A stretch of 64,000 nucleotides of DNA, taken from positions 5,810 through 69,809 of the forward strand of contig DASYRJ010000040.1 of assembly GCA_036004525.1 (NCBI GenBank), in the 5' to 3' direction. The translations under genes and the position numbers were made by a program. Origin of the DNA: Gemmatimonadales bacterium (lineage in GTDB: Bacteria > Gemmatimonadota > Gemmatimonadetes > Gemmatimonadales > GWC2-71-9). The notes under the pieces were generated by a model, which was not told the origin of the DNA, ran no database searches, and was given only the letters and a program-made list of their open reading frames with translations. Positions 45,429-53,885 of the stretch are shown in pieces. Position 1 is the first letter of the stretch, and each line of letters begins with the position of its first letter.

Positions 45429-46165
45429 AGGGAGTGGGTCCACGCGGTGATCCCGAAGCCGCGTACCAGATAGAGGGCGCTGAAGAACAGCCCTCCGATG
45501 GTGCGGTAGACGAACGAGTAGACATCCAGGGGGTCGCCGTAGGGTCCTATATAATGAAAGGCGGAAAAGAGCAGCGCGCCGGCGAGCGCCGCCGCGGCGC
45601 CGGCGACGGGCGGGCGCCACCCGGCGACGCGGTGGGCCAGCCACGCAAACGCGCTCACGAGCACGACGCGGAACAGCAGCTCCTCGTAGATCCCCGCGCC
45701 CAGCGAGAGCATGAGCACCGTCCAGCCGCCGAGCCGCTCGGCCAGGGCAGGGGACGAGGGAGCGGCGAGCACCCCGGGAGGCTGCCCCAGGACGAGCGCG
45801 GTCAGTCCCCCGACGATCACGCCGAATGCGAGTGCGAGGCCGACCGACTCGGCGAGCATCACGCCGAAGACACCGGGGGACAACCGCTCTCCGTGGGCCC
45901 GCATGTCCTTGGCCACGAGCCACAGCCCGACTCCGATGAGGCAGATCATGAACACGAGGGGCCCGCGCGGTCCCGCCACCCAGGTGAAGGCGCTCTCGAG
46001 CAGCACGTCGGCGCCGTTGCGTACGCCGCCTCGCGGCCCCGGGGGCACCGTGGCGGCCAGCGTCTGGTAGAACACGAGGAGGGGCAACGCGAAGAGCAGG
46101 CTGTAGCGGGGGGCGCGGCTCGCCTGCCAGTAGGCGCGGGTCATGGCCTGAATCTTATCCTTCAC
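45401..46165 (-). CDS. CPBP-family intramembrane glutamic endopeptidase (CAAX protease-like)
   Basis: Has EELLFR, FSAFH and HSLYD motifs in a polytopic membrane protein. Confidence 0.8.
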   Translation of the reverse strand: MKDKIQAMTRAYWQASRAPRYSLLFALPLLVFYQTLAATVPPGPRGGVRNGADVLLESAFTWVAGPRGPLVFMICLIGVGLWLVAKDMRAHGERLSPGVFGVMLAESVGLALAFGVIVGGLTALVLGQPPGVLAAPSSPALAERLGGWTVLMLSLGAGIYEELLFRVVLVSAFAWLAHRVAGWRPPVAGAAAALAGALLFSAFHYIGPYGDPLDVYSFVYRTIGGLFFSALYLVRGFGITAWTHSLYDVFLLVR

Positions 46166-46188
46166 CTGGTTCCGTAGAGAGCCCTTAC

Positions 46189-48384
46189 GTGATCGTCGCG
46201 CCGCTCGTTGCGCTCATTCTCGCCGCGCAGAGTTCCTCCGCGGACAGCACCGCCTACCTCGACCCCACGGCGCGCCGGCTGGTCGCGGCCGCGCGGGCGC
46301 GGCGCGAGACGATCGATCGCTCCATCACGAGCTACCGAGCGACCATGAAGGAGCGGATCGGGGCGGGCATCCGCGCCCTCCGCCGCGACCGCATGCTCTA
46401 CCGGCGCGAGCTGGCGCTGCGGATCGACTGGCGCCGCGACTCCGTGGGCCGGATCGAGGTACTCGGCGCCCGCCAGACCGTCCCCGCGGCAAAACCCAAA
46501 GCGGAAGTGCCGGAAGACCTCACCGACGACGTGATAGACTACGCGTTCGATCCGGCCGCGGACCGGCTGACGATCGGATTCGGCGGGCCGTCAGAGCGCC
46601 GGACGGACGATGAGGGAAAGCCGGAGCGGCGGCGGCGCGCACGAATCCGATACCCGCTCGCTGCCGGGAGCGAGAGCGACTACCGGTTCGCGGCGGGAGA
46701 TTCGAGCGTCCTCGTGTTCCCCAACGGTCGGACGGTCCGGCTGCGCGAGCTGCGGGTCATCCCGCGGCGGCTCGAATTCCACCTCGTCTCGGGGTCTCTG
46801 TGGATCGACGAAGGATCACACGCCGTCGTCCGCGCCCTGTTCAGGCCCGCCCGGCCGTTCGATCTCGACGAGGACCTGGGGGACGGGGAGGGGGGCGGGG
46901 GCGGGGGCGACAAAGACATTCCCGGTTTCGTGAAGCCGATCCGGGTCGAGGTGCGCTTCATCACCATCGACTACGGGCTGTGGGATGGCCGCTGGTGGCT
47001 GCCGCGGCTGATCGCGTTCGACGGCGTGGCGACGGCGGGCTCGTGGCTCCAGATGCCGATGCGGTATGAACGCGTGTACGGGGACTACGAGGTCACCGGC
47101 GACACCGCCGCCCGGCCGGTACCCCGGCCCCCCCGTGCGACGGCAGCGGACGACTCGCTCGCCCGCGTGCGGTGCCGCGCGCAGGGCGACGTGGCATGCG
47201 CCTGCGGGAACGGTGCCTGCGTCGCGTTCCGGGTACACGTGCCGCGCGACAGTGCCGCGCTGGTTCGCAGCGTCGAGCTACCTCCGCCGTTCGCCGGCAC
47301 CGAGCAAGGGAGAGGGGGAGGGGACACGCTGATCTCCACGGCCGAGCTCGAGGACCTGACCCGGGGCCTGGGGCGGCTCCCCGCGGCGCCGTGGCAGGTG
47401 CGCGCGCGGCCGCCCCGCTGGGGACTGGGCCGGTTCAATCGCGTGGAGGGGCTGTCGCTGGGTGCCCGTGCAGGCGTCGACTTCGGCCGCGCGGCCCTCG
47501 AGGGATCGGGCCGGGTCGCGCTGGCCGACGGGGCGCTCGACGTCGAGGCGGGACTGCTCCGCCGGACGGGCACGGCTCGACTCCGCTTGGCCGGCTACCG
47601 CCGGCTCGCGGCCGCCAATCCAGCGGAGCGCCCGCTCGGGGTCGGGAACTCGCTGGCCGGCCTCCTGCTCGCCCGCGACGACGGGGACTACTTCCGAGCG
47701 ACGGGTGTGGAGCTGACCGGTGCGCCGGCGGTCACGTCGGTACAGGCCTATACGTGGCGCGTCTACGCCGAGCGCCAGCGCCGCGCGCCGAGCCGGACCG
47801 ATTTCTCCCTTCCACACCTGGTCGATGGGGACCAAGTGTTTCGGCCCAACATCGCCGCGGACTCGGCCGACCAGCTGGGCGTCGCCGTCACGTTTCGGGC
47901 GGCGCGGGGCGTCGATCCCGACGCCGCCAGATGGGGGAGCGAGGTCACGCTCGACGGCGGCGCAGGGACCTTCGGTTTCGGGCGCGCGAGCGTCGGCGTG
48001 AGCCTCGCCGGTCCGCTCGGACCGCGGCTGGCGGGCGCCGTGGAGCTCGCCGCCGGAACGTCGGCCGGCCGGGTACCGGTGCAGAGCCGCTGGTCCCTCG
48101 GAGGGCCGGCGACGCTCCGCGGCTACGGGGGAGGCGCCCAGACCGGCGACGCGTTCTGGCGCGCGCGCGTCGAGGTCGCCAATCGGTCTCCTGCGGCCCG
48201 GCTCGCGCTCTTCGCCGATGTGGGCCGGGCGGGGGCACGCGACCGCTTGTCGCTCCGGCGGCCGCTCGTCGGAGCGGGAATCGGCGCGAGCTTCGTAGAC
48301 GGGCTGCTGCGCGTGGACCTCGCGCGCGCCCTGCGGTCCCCGACGGGCTGGCGCCTCGACTGCTACGTGGACGGCGCGCTCTGA
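46189..48384 (+). CDS. Outer-membrane protein with an Omp85/surface-antigen-like C-terminal beta-barrel
   Basis: 731 aa with a signal peptide. The C-terminal alternating barrel-like strands read GGPATLRGYGGG...GAGIGASFVDGLLRVDLARAL. Confidence 0.5.
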   Translation: MIVAPLVALILAAQSSSADSTAYLDPTARRLVAAARARRETIDRSITSYRATMKERIGAGIRALRRDRMLYRRELALRIDWRRDSVGRIEVLGARQTVPAAKPKAEVPEDLTDDVIDYAFDPAADRLTIGFGGPSERRTDDEGKPERRRRARIRYPLAAGSESDYRFAAGDSSVLVFPNGRTVRLRELRVIPRRLEFHLVSGSLWIDEGSHAVVRALFRPARPFDLDEDLGDGEGGGGGGDKDIPGFVKPIRVEVRFITIDYGLWDGRWWLPRLIAFDGVATAGSWLQMPMRYERVYGDYEVTGDTAARPVPRPPRATAADDSLARVRCRAQGDVACACGNGACVAFRVHVPRDSAALVRSVELPPPFAGTEQGRGGGDTLISTAELEDLTRGLGRLPAAPWQVRARPPRWGLGRFNRVEGLSLGARAGVDFGRAALEGSGRVALADGALDVEAGLLRRTGTARLRLAGYRRLAAANPAERPLGVGNSLAGLLLARDDGDYFRATGVELTGAPAVTSVQAYTWRVYAERQRRAPSRTDFSLPHLVDGDQVFRPNIAADSADQLGVAVTFRAARGVDPDAARWGSEVTLDGGAGTFGFGRASVGVSLAGPLGPRLAGAVELAAGTSAGRVPVQSRWSLGGPATLRGYGGGAQTGDAFWRARVEVANRSPAARLALFADVGRAGARDRLSLRRPLVGAGIGASFVDGLLRVDLARALRSPTGWRLDCYVDGAL

Positions 48385-48441
48385 TTTGCGCGGGGGGACG
48401 GGAGGTGCCATCCTAGTCCCCTCGATGACGGCGCCCGCCGC

Positions 48442-49758
48442 GTGACCGAGCTCAAACGCGAGCTCGGCCTCCTCGACACCACGATGATCAACGTGGGGAC
48501 GATGATCGCCTCCGCGATTTTCATTGTGCCCGCCACCATTGCGGCACGGGTGCCCGGGTCGGCCCTGATGATCCTCGTGTGGGTCGTCGGGGGCGTCGTC
48601 TCGCTGCTCGGCGCCCTCTCGGTGGCGGAGCTGGGCGCCGCCTACCCGGAGGCAGGCGGGCAGTACGCTTACCTGCGGGAGGCGTACGGACCGCCGTGGG
48701 CGTTTCTGTACGGGTGGGCGAACTTCCTGGTAATCAATCCCGCCTCGATCGCCGCCATCGCGGTGGGGTTCGCGCGCTACCTCGGCTTTTTCGTCCCGAT
48801 GTCACCGGGTGCGATCCAAGGGATCGCGGTGTTGTCGATCGCAGGGCTGACGGTGCTCAATTGTCTGGGCGTCCGCCCCGGGGCCACGACGCAAAACGTG
48901 CTCACCCTGCTCAAGATGGGCGCTCTCGCGGCGCTCATCGGGACGGCTTTCATTCTGCCTGGGGGCTCGGCCGCGAACTTCCAGCCGCTGTGGCCCGCCG
49001 GCACGGTGGGGCAGTGGGTCGGGCCGTTCGGAGTGGCGATGGTGGGCGTCCTGTGGGCGTACGACGGGTGGATCGAGACGACCTACGTCGGGAGCGAGAT
49101 TAAGGATCCCGGCAGGACCCTGCCTCGGTCCATCATCCTGTCGACATTGATCGTGATCGCGTTCTACGTGCTCGCGAGCGTCGCCTACTCGTACGTGCTG
49201 TCGCCCGCCCGCATGGCGGGCTCGACGCTCGTGGCGTCCGACGCGGCCAAGGTCCCGCTGGGTGCCGTGGGCGCGGGGTTCGTCGCAGCGGCGATCCTCG
49301 TGTCGACGCTGGGAGCCAACAACGGGATCGTCCTCACGGCCGCACGCATTCCCTATGCGATGGCCCGGGGCGGCCTGTTCTTCCGGTCGCAGGGGATCGT
49401 GCACCCGCGCTTCGCGACCCCGGTGGTAGCGCTGCTGACGCAAGGCGTGATCTCGTCGCTGCTCGCCCTCTCGGGGACGTACGACCAGCTCTTCACCTAC
49501 GTCATCTTCGCGCAGTTCGTGTTCTACGCGCTTTCGGCGGGAGCGGTGATCGTGCTGCGACGCCGAGCGCCGCAGGTCGCGCGCCCGTACCGCACCTGGG
49601 GATATCCCATCACGCCGCTGGTCTTTATCGCATTCGCGCTGTGGCTGGTCGCGAACACGATCGCGGAGTCGCCACGAGAATCGGCGGTGGGCGCGGGGCT
49701 TATACTGCTCGGGCTGCCGGGATATTGGTACTGGAACAGAGACGGTAAGGGACGGTAA
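48442..49758 (+). CDS. APC-superfamily amino-acid permease
   Basis: 438 aa with 12 TM helices and the N-terminal block LGLLDTTMINVGTMIASAIFIVP ... AELGAAYPEAGGQYAY. Confidence 0.85.
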   Translation: MTELKRELGLLDTTMINVGTMIASAIFIVPATIAARVPGSALMILVWVVGGVVSLLGALSVAELGAAYPEAGGQYAYLREAYGPPWAFLYGWANFLVINPASIAAIAVGFARYLGFFVPMSPGAIQGIAVLSIAGLTVLNCLGVRPGATTQNVLTLLKMGALAALIGTAFILPGGSAANFQPLWPAGTVGQWVGPFGVAMVGVLWAYDGWIETTYVGSEIKDPGRTLPRSIILSTLIVIAFYVLASVAYSYVLSPARMAGSTLVASDAAKVPLGAVGAGFVAAAILVSTLGANNGIVLTAARIPYAMARGGLFFRSQGIVHPRFATPVVALLTQGVISSLLALSGTYDQLFTYVIFAQFVFYALSAGAVIVLRRRAPQVARPYRTWGYPITPLVFIAFALWLVANTIAESPRESAVGAGLILLGLPGYWYWNRDGKGR

Positions 49759-49843
49759 CGGACGGTAAGGGACGGTAGGGGTCGAAGGGAGTAGCCCCTA
49801 CCGTCCCTTACCGTCTCCTACCGTCCCCTACCGTCTGCCTCTG
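49736..49843. repeat. Long imperfect hairpin built from tandem decamers (GACGGTAAGG-like x4 on each arm); probable bidirectional terminator
   Basis: The left arm (49741..49781) is gacggtaagg gacggtaacg gacggtaagg gacggtagggg. The loop is 13 nt. The right arm (49795..49835) is cccctaccgtc ccttaccgtc tcctaccgtc ccctaccgtc. Both convergent genes terminate inside the arms, at 49758 and 49828. Confidence 0.7.
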
Positions 49844-50907
49844 TAGTTGACCAGCTCCACCAGTGCCGGCGGTGCGCGCATTCCCCACACGTCGCGCATC
49901 GGGACGGTGACGATCTGGGGACGGTTGCCGGGCAGGCCGTCCCGGCCGTCGGGGCCACGGACACCGGCGCGGCCGGCGGGTCCGGCGGCGCCCGCGGTGC
50001 AGCGGGGGTCGCTCGCGGGCGACGCGGCGCCGCCCTTGCCGCCGGCGCCGCCCTTGCCCCCCGCGCCGCCGCTCCCGCCCTCACCGCCCGGCGTGCGCGC
50101 GTCCACGAGCCCGGCGAGGAACGGCTCTTCGGCGGGGGCGATGATGGTGATCTGGCCGCCGCGCCCGCCGGGGCCACCGGGGCTGCCGTTGCCGCCCGCT
50201 CCGCCGGGCCCGCCGGCGCCCCCGGGGCAGCCGGCGGTGCCTGCCGCGCCGGCGGTGCCGTTCTGCCCGTCGTCGCCGCGCACGCCGCGTGCCCCCCGCG
50301 CCTCGATGACCAGCCAGTCGGACGGCGGCACCGCCTGCGCATCGGCAAACACATAGAAAGGCGGGGCATCTTCGACTTCCACGCCCGCCACGAGCAAGCG
50401 CGAGTAGAACGGGGACCGCAAAATGCCGAGCCGCACGGTCACCTGCGGGCCGCTGGCGCCGGCGCCCGCGCCGCGGAACCCGAAGGCGTGCGGCATGCAG
50501 GCGTAGTCCGGCGTCAGCACGGTCGTCGTGGTGATTGAGGGCTTGGCCTTGAGCGTCGCGGTCAGCCGGAAGCCGGTGACCGCGCTCGTGAGCGCATCGG
50601 GGTCGGCGGCCCAACCGCCGCCCTCGAGGGGCGTCGCCTCCTGGCTGGTGCGCTCGAGAAACGTCATGTGGAGCCGGGGCGGCCGCTTGGCGTCGTAGCG
50701 CGATTCGAACGGGACGAGGGCGCCGTCGTTCAGGACGGCGGTGTATTGCGCGCCGAATGTCTCGCCGGGACAGCCCCGAGTGTTCGTGACCATCCTGATC
50801 TCGCGGATCTGCTCCACGAGCCCCGGGTCGGGAGCGAAGTCGGGGGGCGGCCCTTTCGGGCCGCACGCCGCCGTCAGGAAAACCGCTGCCGCGACCACCC
50901 GCTTCAT
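49828..50907 (-). CDS. Lipoprotein with collagen-like G-X-Y runs and a Gly-rich region
   Basis: Lies in ORF 49828..51138, with an ATG at 50907 after GGAG. It has the lipobox LTAAC. The G-X-Y runs are GARGVRGDDGQNGTAGAAGTAG and GAAGPAGRAGVRGPDGRDGLPG. Confidence 0.6.
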   Translation of the reverse strand: MKRVVAAAVFLTAACGPKGPPPDFAPDPGLVEQIREIRMVTNTRGCPGETFGAQYTAVLNDGALVPFESRYDAKRPPRLHMTFLERTSQEATPLEGGGWAADPDALTSAVTGFRLTATLKAKPSITTTTVLTPDYACMPHAFGFRGAGAGASGPQVTVRLGILRSPFYSRLLVAGVEVEDAPPFYVFADAQAVPPSDWLVIEARGARGVRGDDGQNGTAGAAGTAGCPGGAGGPGGAGGNGSPGGPGGRGGQITIIAPAEEPFLAGLVDARTPGGEGGSGGAGGKGGAGGKGGAASPASDPRCTAGAAGPAGRAGVRGPDGRDGLPGNRPQIVTVPMRDVWGMRAPPALVELVNYRGRR

Positions 50908-52355
50908 GGATTCTCCTCGCGCAGGAGACGCTTCGACTCGATGTCGAAGACCTGGACGCGGATCACGACGCCGGCACGGCGGGCGTCGACTACCCGCACG
51001 TGCACGACACTCCGGTCCTGACCGGGCCGATAGAGAATCCAGCTTCCCGCCGGTGCTGCGGCCGCTACTCCGGCACAGGGGCGGGACTTGGGCTTCGGCT
51101 GCTGGCCGGGGGGCGTGCCGGGGATCCACACGCGACACTCGCCGGGGTCGGGCAGATGGCCCGGCGGGACGTCGAGCGTCACCGCCGTGTTCGGCCCCGG
51201 CGGCTGCTCCGGCGGCCGCTGGTCCGGACGCGGTTGTTCCGGGGGCTTATTCTCGGGCGGCCGCTGCTCGGGCGGCCGTTGCTCTGGCGGCCGCTGCTCG
51301 GGCGGCCGTTGCTCCGGAGGGCGCTGCTCCGGCGGCCGCTGTGCCGGAGGTGGTTGCTCCGGGGGCTTATTCTCGGGCGGCCGCTGCTCTGGAGGGCGTT
51401 GCTCCGGCGGCTTGTTCTCCGGGGGCGGCTGCTGCGCCGGCGGCCGCGGCTCAGGCGGTCTTCCGATCGGCGGCTGGATGTCGGGCCGCTGGTCCAGAGG
51501 CCGGGGCCGCTCCTCGTTTTGCGGCGGTTCCTCTTCGCGGACCAGCTGCTCCGAAGCGATGTCGAAGATCCGAATGCGGGTGACGATGCCCGGCCGGCGT
51601 GCGTCCACCACGCGTACATGCACGACCCTGAGGTCCTCCCCGGGGCGGTAGACGATCCAGCTGCCCGCTGGTGCGACGGCAGCGATGCCCTCGCAGGGAC
51701 GCGACCTGGGCGGCGGCTGCTGGCCGGGCGGAGCGCCCGGGATCCAGACGCGGCACTCTCCCGGGTCGGGGAGGTGGCCGGGTGGGACGCCGAGTCTCCC
51801 GGCGTCGTCACGCGGTCTGTACTCGGGTGGACGCTGGTCCTCAGCAGGGGGCGGGCGGCGCTCCTCCCGAGGCCGGTCGTCGCGACGCTGCTCGTCCTGC
51901 GGCTCCTCTTCGCGGACCAGCTGCTCCGAAGCGATGTCGAAGATGCGGATGCGGATGACGAACCCCGGGCGCCGTTCGTCTACCACGCGAACGTGCACCA
52001 CTCTCCGGTCGTCGCCGGGGCGATAGATGATCCAGCTGCCCGCGGGTGCGACGGCCAGGATGCCCGTGCAGGGGCGTGACCGGGGTCTGGGCTGCCGCCC
52101 GGGCGGCGTTCCCGGGACCCACACGCGGCACTCGCCGGGATCGGGGAGGTGGCCGGGCGGGACGCCGAGCAGCACCGCGGTGTTAGGGGGAGGGGGATTC
52201 GGGTTGGGCCGCTCGGGCTCGGGGTAGCTGCGGGGTGGGGGTCTCGAGCCCCGGCGGTCCGTGTCCGGTGCCGGCTCGCGCACGATGATCGTTCTGGTGC
52301 ACCCGGCGAGCAGCAGCAGCCCGCCCAGGGTGAGGACCGTGGTGCCCTTGCGCAT
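50904..52355 (-). CDS. Lipoprotein with three copies of an uncharacterised ~95-aa domain separated by Pro-rich (PPEQR)n linkers
   Basis: Lies in ORF 50904..52415, with an ATG at 52355 (MRKGTTVLTLGGLLLLAGC lipobox). The repeated core is VPPGHLPDPGECRVW.PG.PPG.QP.P.SRPC...APAGSWI.YRPG.D..VVHVRVVD.RR.G.V.R..FDI.S..L.REE. Confidence 0.65.
   Translation of the reverse strand: MRKGTTVLTLGGLLLLAGCTRTIIVREPAPDTDRRGSRPPPRSYPEPERPNPNPPPPNTAVLLGVPPGHLPDPGECRVWVPGTPPGRQPRPRSRPCTGILAVAPAGSWIIYRPGDDRRVVHVRVVDERRPGFVIRIRIFDIASEQLVREEEPQDEQRRDDRPREERRPPPAEDQRPPEYRPRDDAGRLGVPPGHLPDPGECRVWIPGAPPGQQPPPRSRPCEGIAAVAPAGSWIVYRPGEDLRVVHVRVVDARRPGIVTRIRIFDIASEQLVREEEPPQNEERPRPLDQRPDIQPPIGRPPEPRPPAQQPPPENKPPEQRPPEQRPPENKPPEQPPPAQRPPEQRPPEQRPPEQRPPEQRPPEQRPPENKPPEQPRPDQRPPEQPPGPNTAVTLDVPPGHLPDPGECRVWIPGTPPGQQPKPKSRPCAGVAAAAPAGSWILYRPGQDRSVVHVRVVDARRAGVVIRVQVFDIESKRLLREENP
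50907..52184 (-). repeat. Three intragenic ~285-nt direct repeats (50907..51191, 51525..51803, 51900..52184)
   Basis: The protein-level triplication is visible in the ORF translation. It is mirrored at the DNA level, for example gatccacacgcgacactcgccgg / gatccagacgcggcactctcccgg / gacccacacgcggcactcgccgg. Confidence 0.75.
51205..51444 (-). repeat. About 16 tandem 15-nt units encoding PPEQR/PPENK pentapeptides
   Basis: The plus strand reads ctgctccggcggccg / ctgctcgggcggccg / ttgctctggcggccg and so on, in frame with CDS 50904..52355. A 120-nt higher-order duplication is visible (ttgttccgggggcttattctcgggcggccgctgctc occurs twice). Confidence 0.8.
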
Positions 52356-52480
52356 GATCAAGCTCCCTCGAGGACGGGCTCCAATGTAGTGTTTGGAGTC
52401 CGTGCCGTGGGTCACCCGAGCTTTCCCGCCGCTTCCGGCGCGATTAAGTTTGTGTTTCTTAGCGTCTTAGCGTCTGTCGT

Positions 52481-52555
52481 GGTGGCTGTAGCTCAATCGG
52501 TTAGAGCGCCGGACTGTGGCTCCGGAGGTTGCGGGTTCGATTCCCGTCAGCCACC
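52481..52555 (+). tRNA. tRNA-His: tRNA-His (anticodon GTG) with genome-encoded G-1
   Basis: Hand-folded cloverleaf: G-1, acceptor GTGGCTG/CAGCCAC, anticodon stem CCGGA/TCCGG, loop CTGTGGC, T-arm GCGGG-TTCGATT-CCCGT, discriminator C. No encoded CCA. Confidence 0.85.
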
Positions 52556-52606
52556 CTAACTACTAGACGCCGAGACGCCGGAGACGCCAAGATGCCGAGG
52601 TCTTAG

Positions 52607-52632
52607 ACGGCGGGTCCATGCGGGCCCGCCGT
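52607..52632 (+). terminator. Hairpin downstream of tRNA-His
   Basis: ACGGCGGG / CCCGCCGT stem with a 10-nt loop, followed by TCTTGTGG (a weak U-tract). Confidence 0.4.
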
Positions 52633-53029
52633 TCTTGTGGTCAGTCGGCGCCCTCCACGACCGCCAAATCTCTCCAAGTTCATCCCGGACCGGTTCCATC
52701 GTTTCTTCCATCGTCACCTGTCAGCCTCGTGCGCCGCGACCGCCGCCCAATCAAAGGCTCGAAGGACCCCAGAATGCATCAATGGCCGAGCGCGAGTCGA
52801 AGTGCGGCGAGGCTTACCCCAGGGTGGAGCGAGTCGCAAGGCTTTGCGCTGCCGAGCACGAACAGGTCGTTTCCGCCTGCGCCCCATGATGGGGTGACAA
52901 CAGTCACAGCCTACTCTGGCCCAAACGAGCAAGGTCTAGGGCCTCACGATCCGGTCACAACGTACCGCCTAAAGCAGAAAAGTCCTGCGCCCTCAAGAAC
53001 GAACATGATGCCCAAAGAGGAGGGCAACC

Positions 53030-53878
53030 ATGCCATACCAGGCCGAAATCAGTCGTAAGAACCCGGGCTGTTTCCTGTTTCTGGTCGACCAGTCCGAGTC
53101 AATGGAAGACCCCTTTGCCGGCGGAGACAATGGCAAAAAGAAGGCCGAGGAGCTGGCGACCATCCTCAACAAGCTCATTCATAATCTGTCCATCCGTTGC
53201 GCCAAATCGGACTCGATTTACGACTACTTCCACGTCGGTGTGCTGGGCTACAGCGAAGACAGCTGTAAACCGGCGCTCGGCGGTGAGCTGAGCGGCCGCT
53301 CGTTGGTGCCGATCAGTGAATTGGCCGGCAAGCCGTTGCGCATCGAAGAACGAGCCAAGCAATCGGACGATGGCGCCGGCGGGGTGATGGAGCAAACGGT
53401 GAAATTTCCGGTCTGGTTCGACGCCTATGCGAAGGGCGGCACTCCGATGTGCGCCGCGCTCAAGGACGCAACCAAGATTGTCGAGACGTGGTGCCAGGAG
53501 CATCCGCAGGGATTCCCGCCAATCGTCATCAACATCACCGACGGCGAGGCGACGGATGGAGATCTCGTTGCCGCGGCGCGGAAGCTGACGGAGGTCAGCG
53601 GCGCCGACGGTGAGGTGTTGCTGTTCAACATCCATCTTTCGTCGACGGCCGGGCCATCGATCGAATTGCCGTGCAACGCCGCCAAGCTTCCGGATCAGTA
53701 TGCCAAAGCGCTGTTTGAAGCCTCATCGACGCTCACACCGTTCATGGTTGCACGCGCGAAGGAGCTGGGTTTGCCGGCCGCGGACGACTCGCGCGGATTC
53801 ATCTTCAACGCGCAACCGTTGCACGTCATCCATTTTCTCGATATCGGCACGCGGCCGGCGAATGTGCGCCTGCGCTGA
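53030..53878 (+). CDS. von Willebrand factor A (vWA) domain protein, TerY-like
   Basis: Has the MIDAS motif LVDQSESM (DxSxS), GGTPM and TDGEATDG. A strong SD (GAGGAGGG) lies 5 nt before the ATG. Confidence 0.85.
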   Translation: MPYQAEISRKNPGCFLFLVDQSESMEDPFAGGDNGKKKAEELATILNKLIHNLSIRCAKSDSIYDYFHVGVLGYSEDSCKPALGGELSGRSLVPISELAGKPLRIEERAKQSDDGAGGVMEQTVKFPVWFDAYAKGGTPMCAALKDATKIVETWCQEHPQGFPPIVINITDGEATDGDLVAAARKLTEVSGADGEVLLFNIHLSSTAGPSIELPCNAAKLPDQYAKALFEASSTLTPFMVARAKELGLPAADDSRGFIFNAQPLHVIHFLDIGTRPANVRLR

Positions 53879-53885
53879 GCACTAG

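Noticed and set aside
49741-49835. Possible CRISPR array or minisatellite
   Set aside because: The repeat units are only 10 nt and directly abut with no spacers. The two halves are inverted copies forming one hairpin, and no cas genes are present.
51205-51444. Non-coding tandem repeat or CRISPR-like array
   Set aside because: The 15-nt period is in frame and encodes PPEQR/PPENK inside a lipoprotein gene, so it is a coding repeat.
52618-53058. ORFs in the islet leader (52618..53058, 52635..52889 and 52637..52897 on plus; 52714..52932 on minus)
   Set aside because: They overlap one another and have no Shine-Dalgarno or recognisable domain. I treat them as non-coding leader, though a decayed gene remnant cannot be excluded without blastx.
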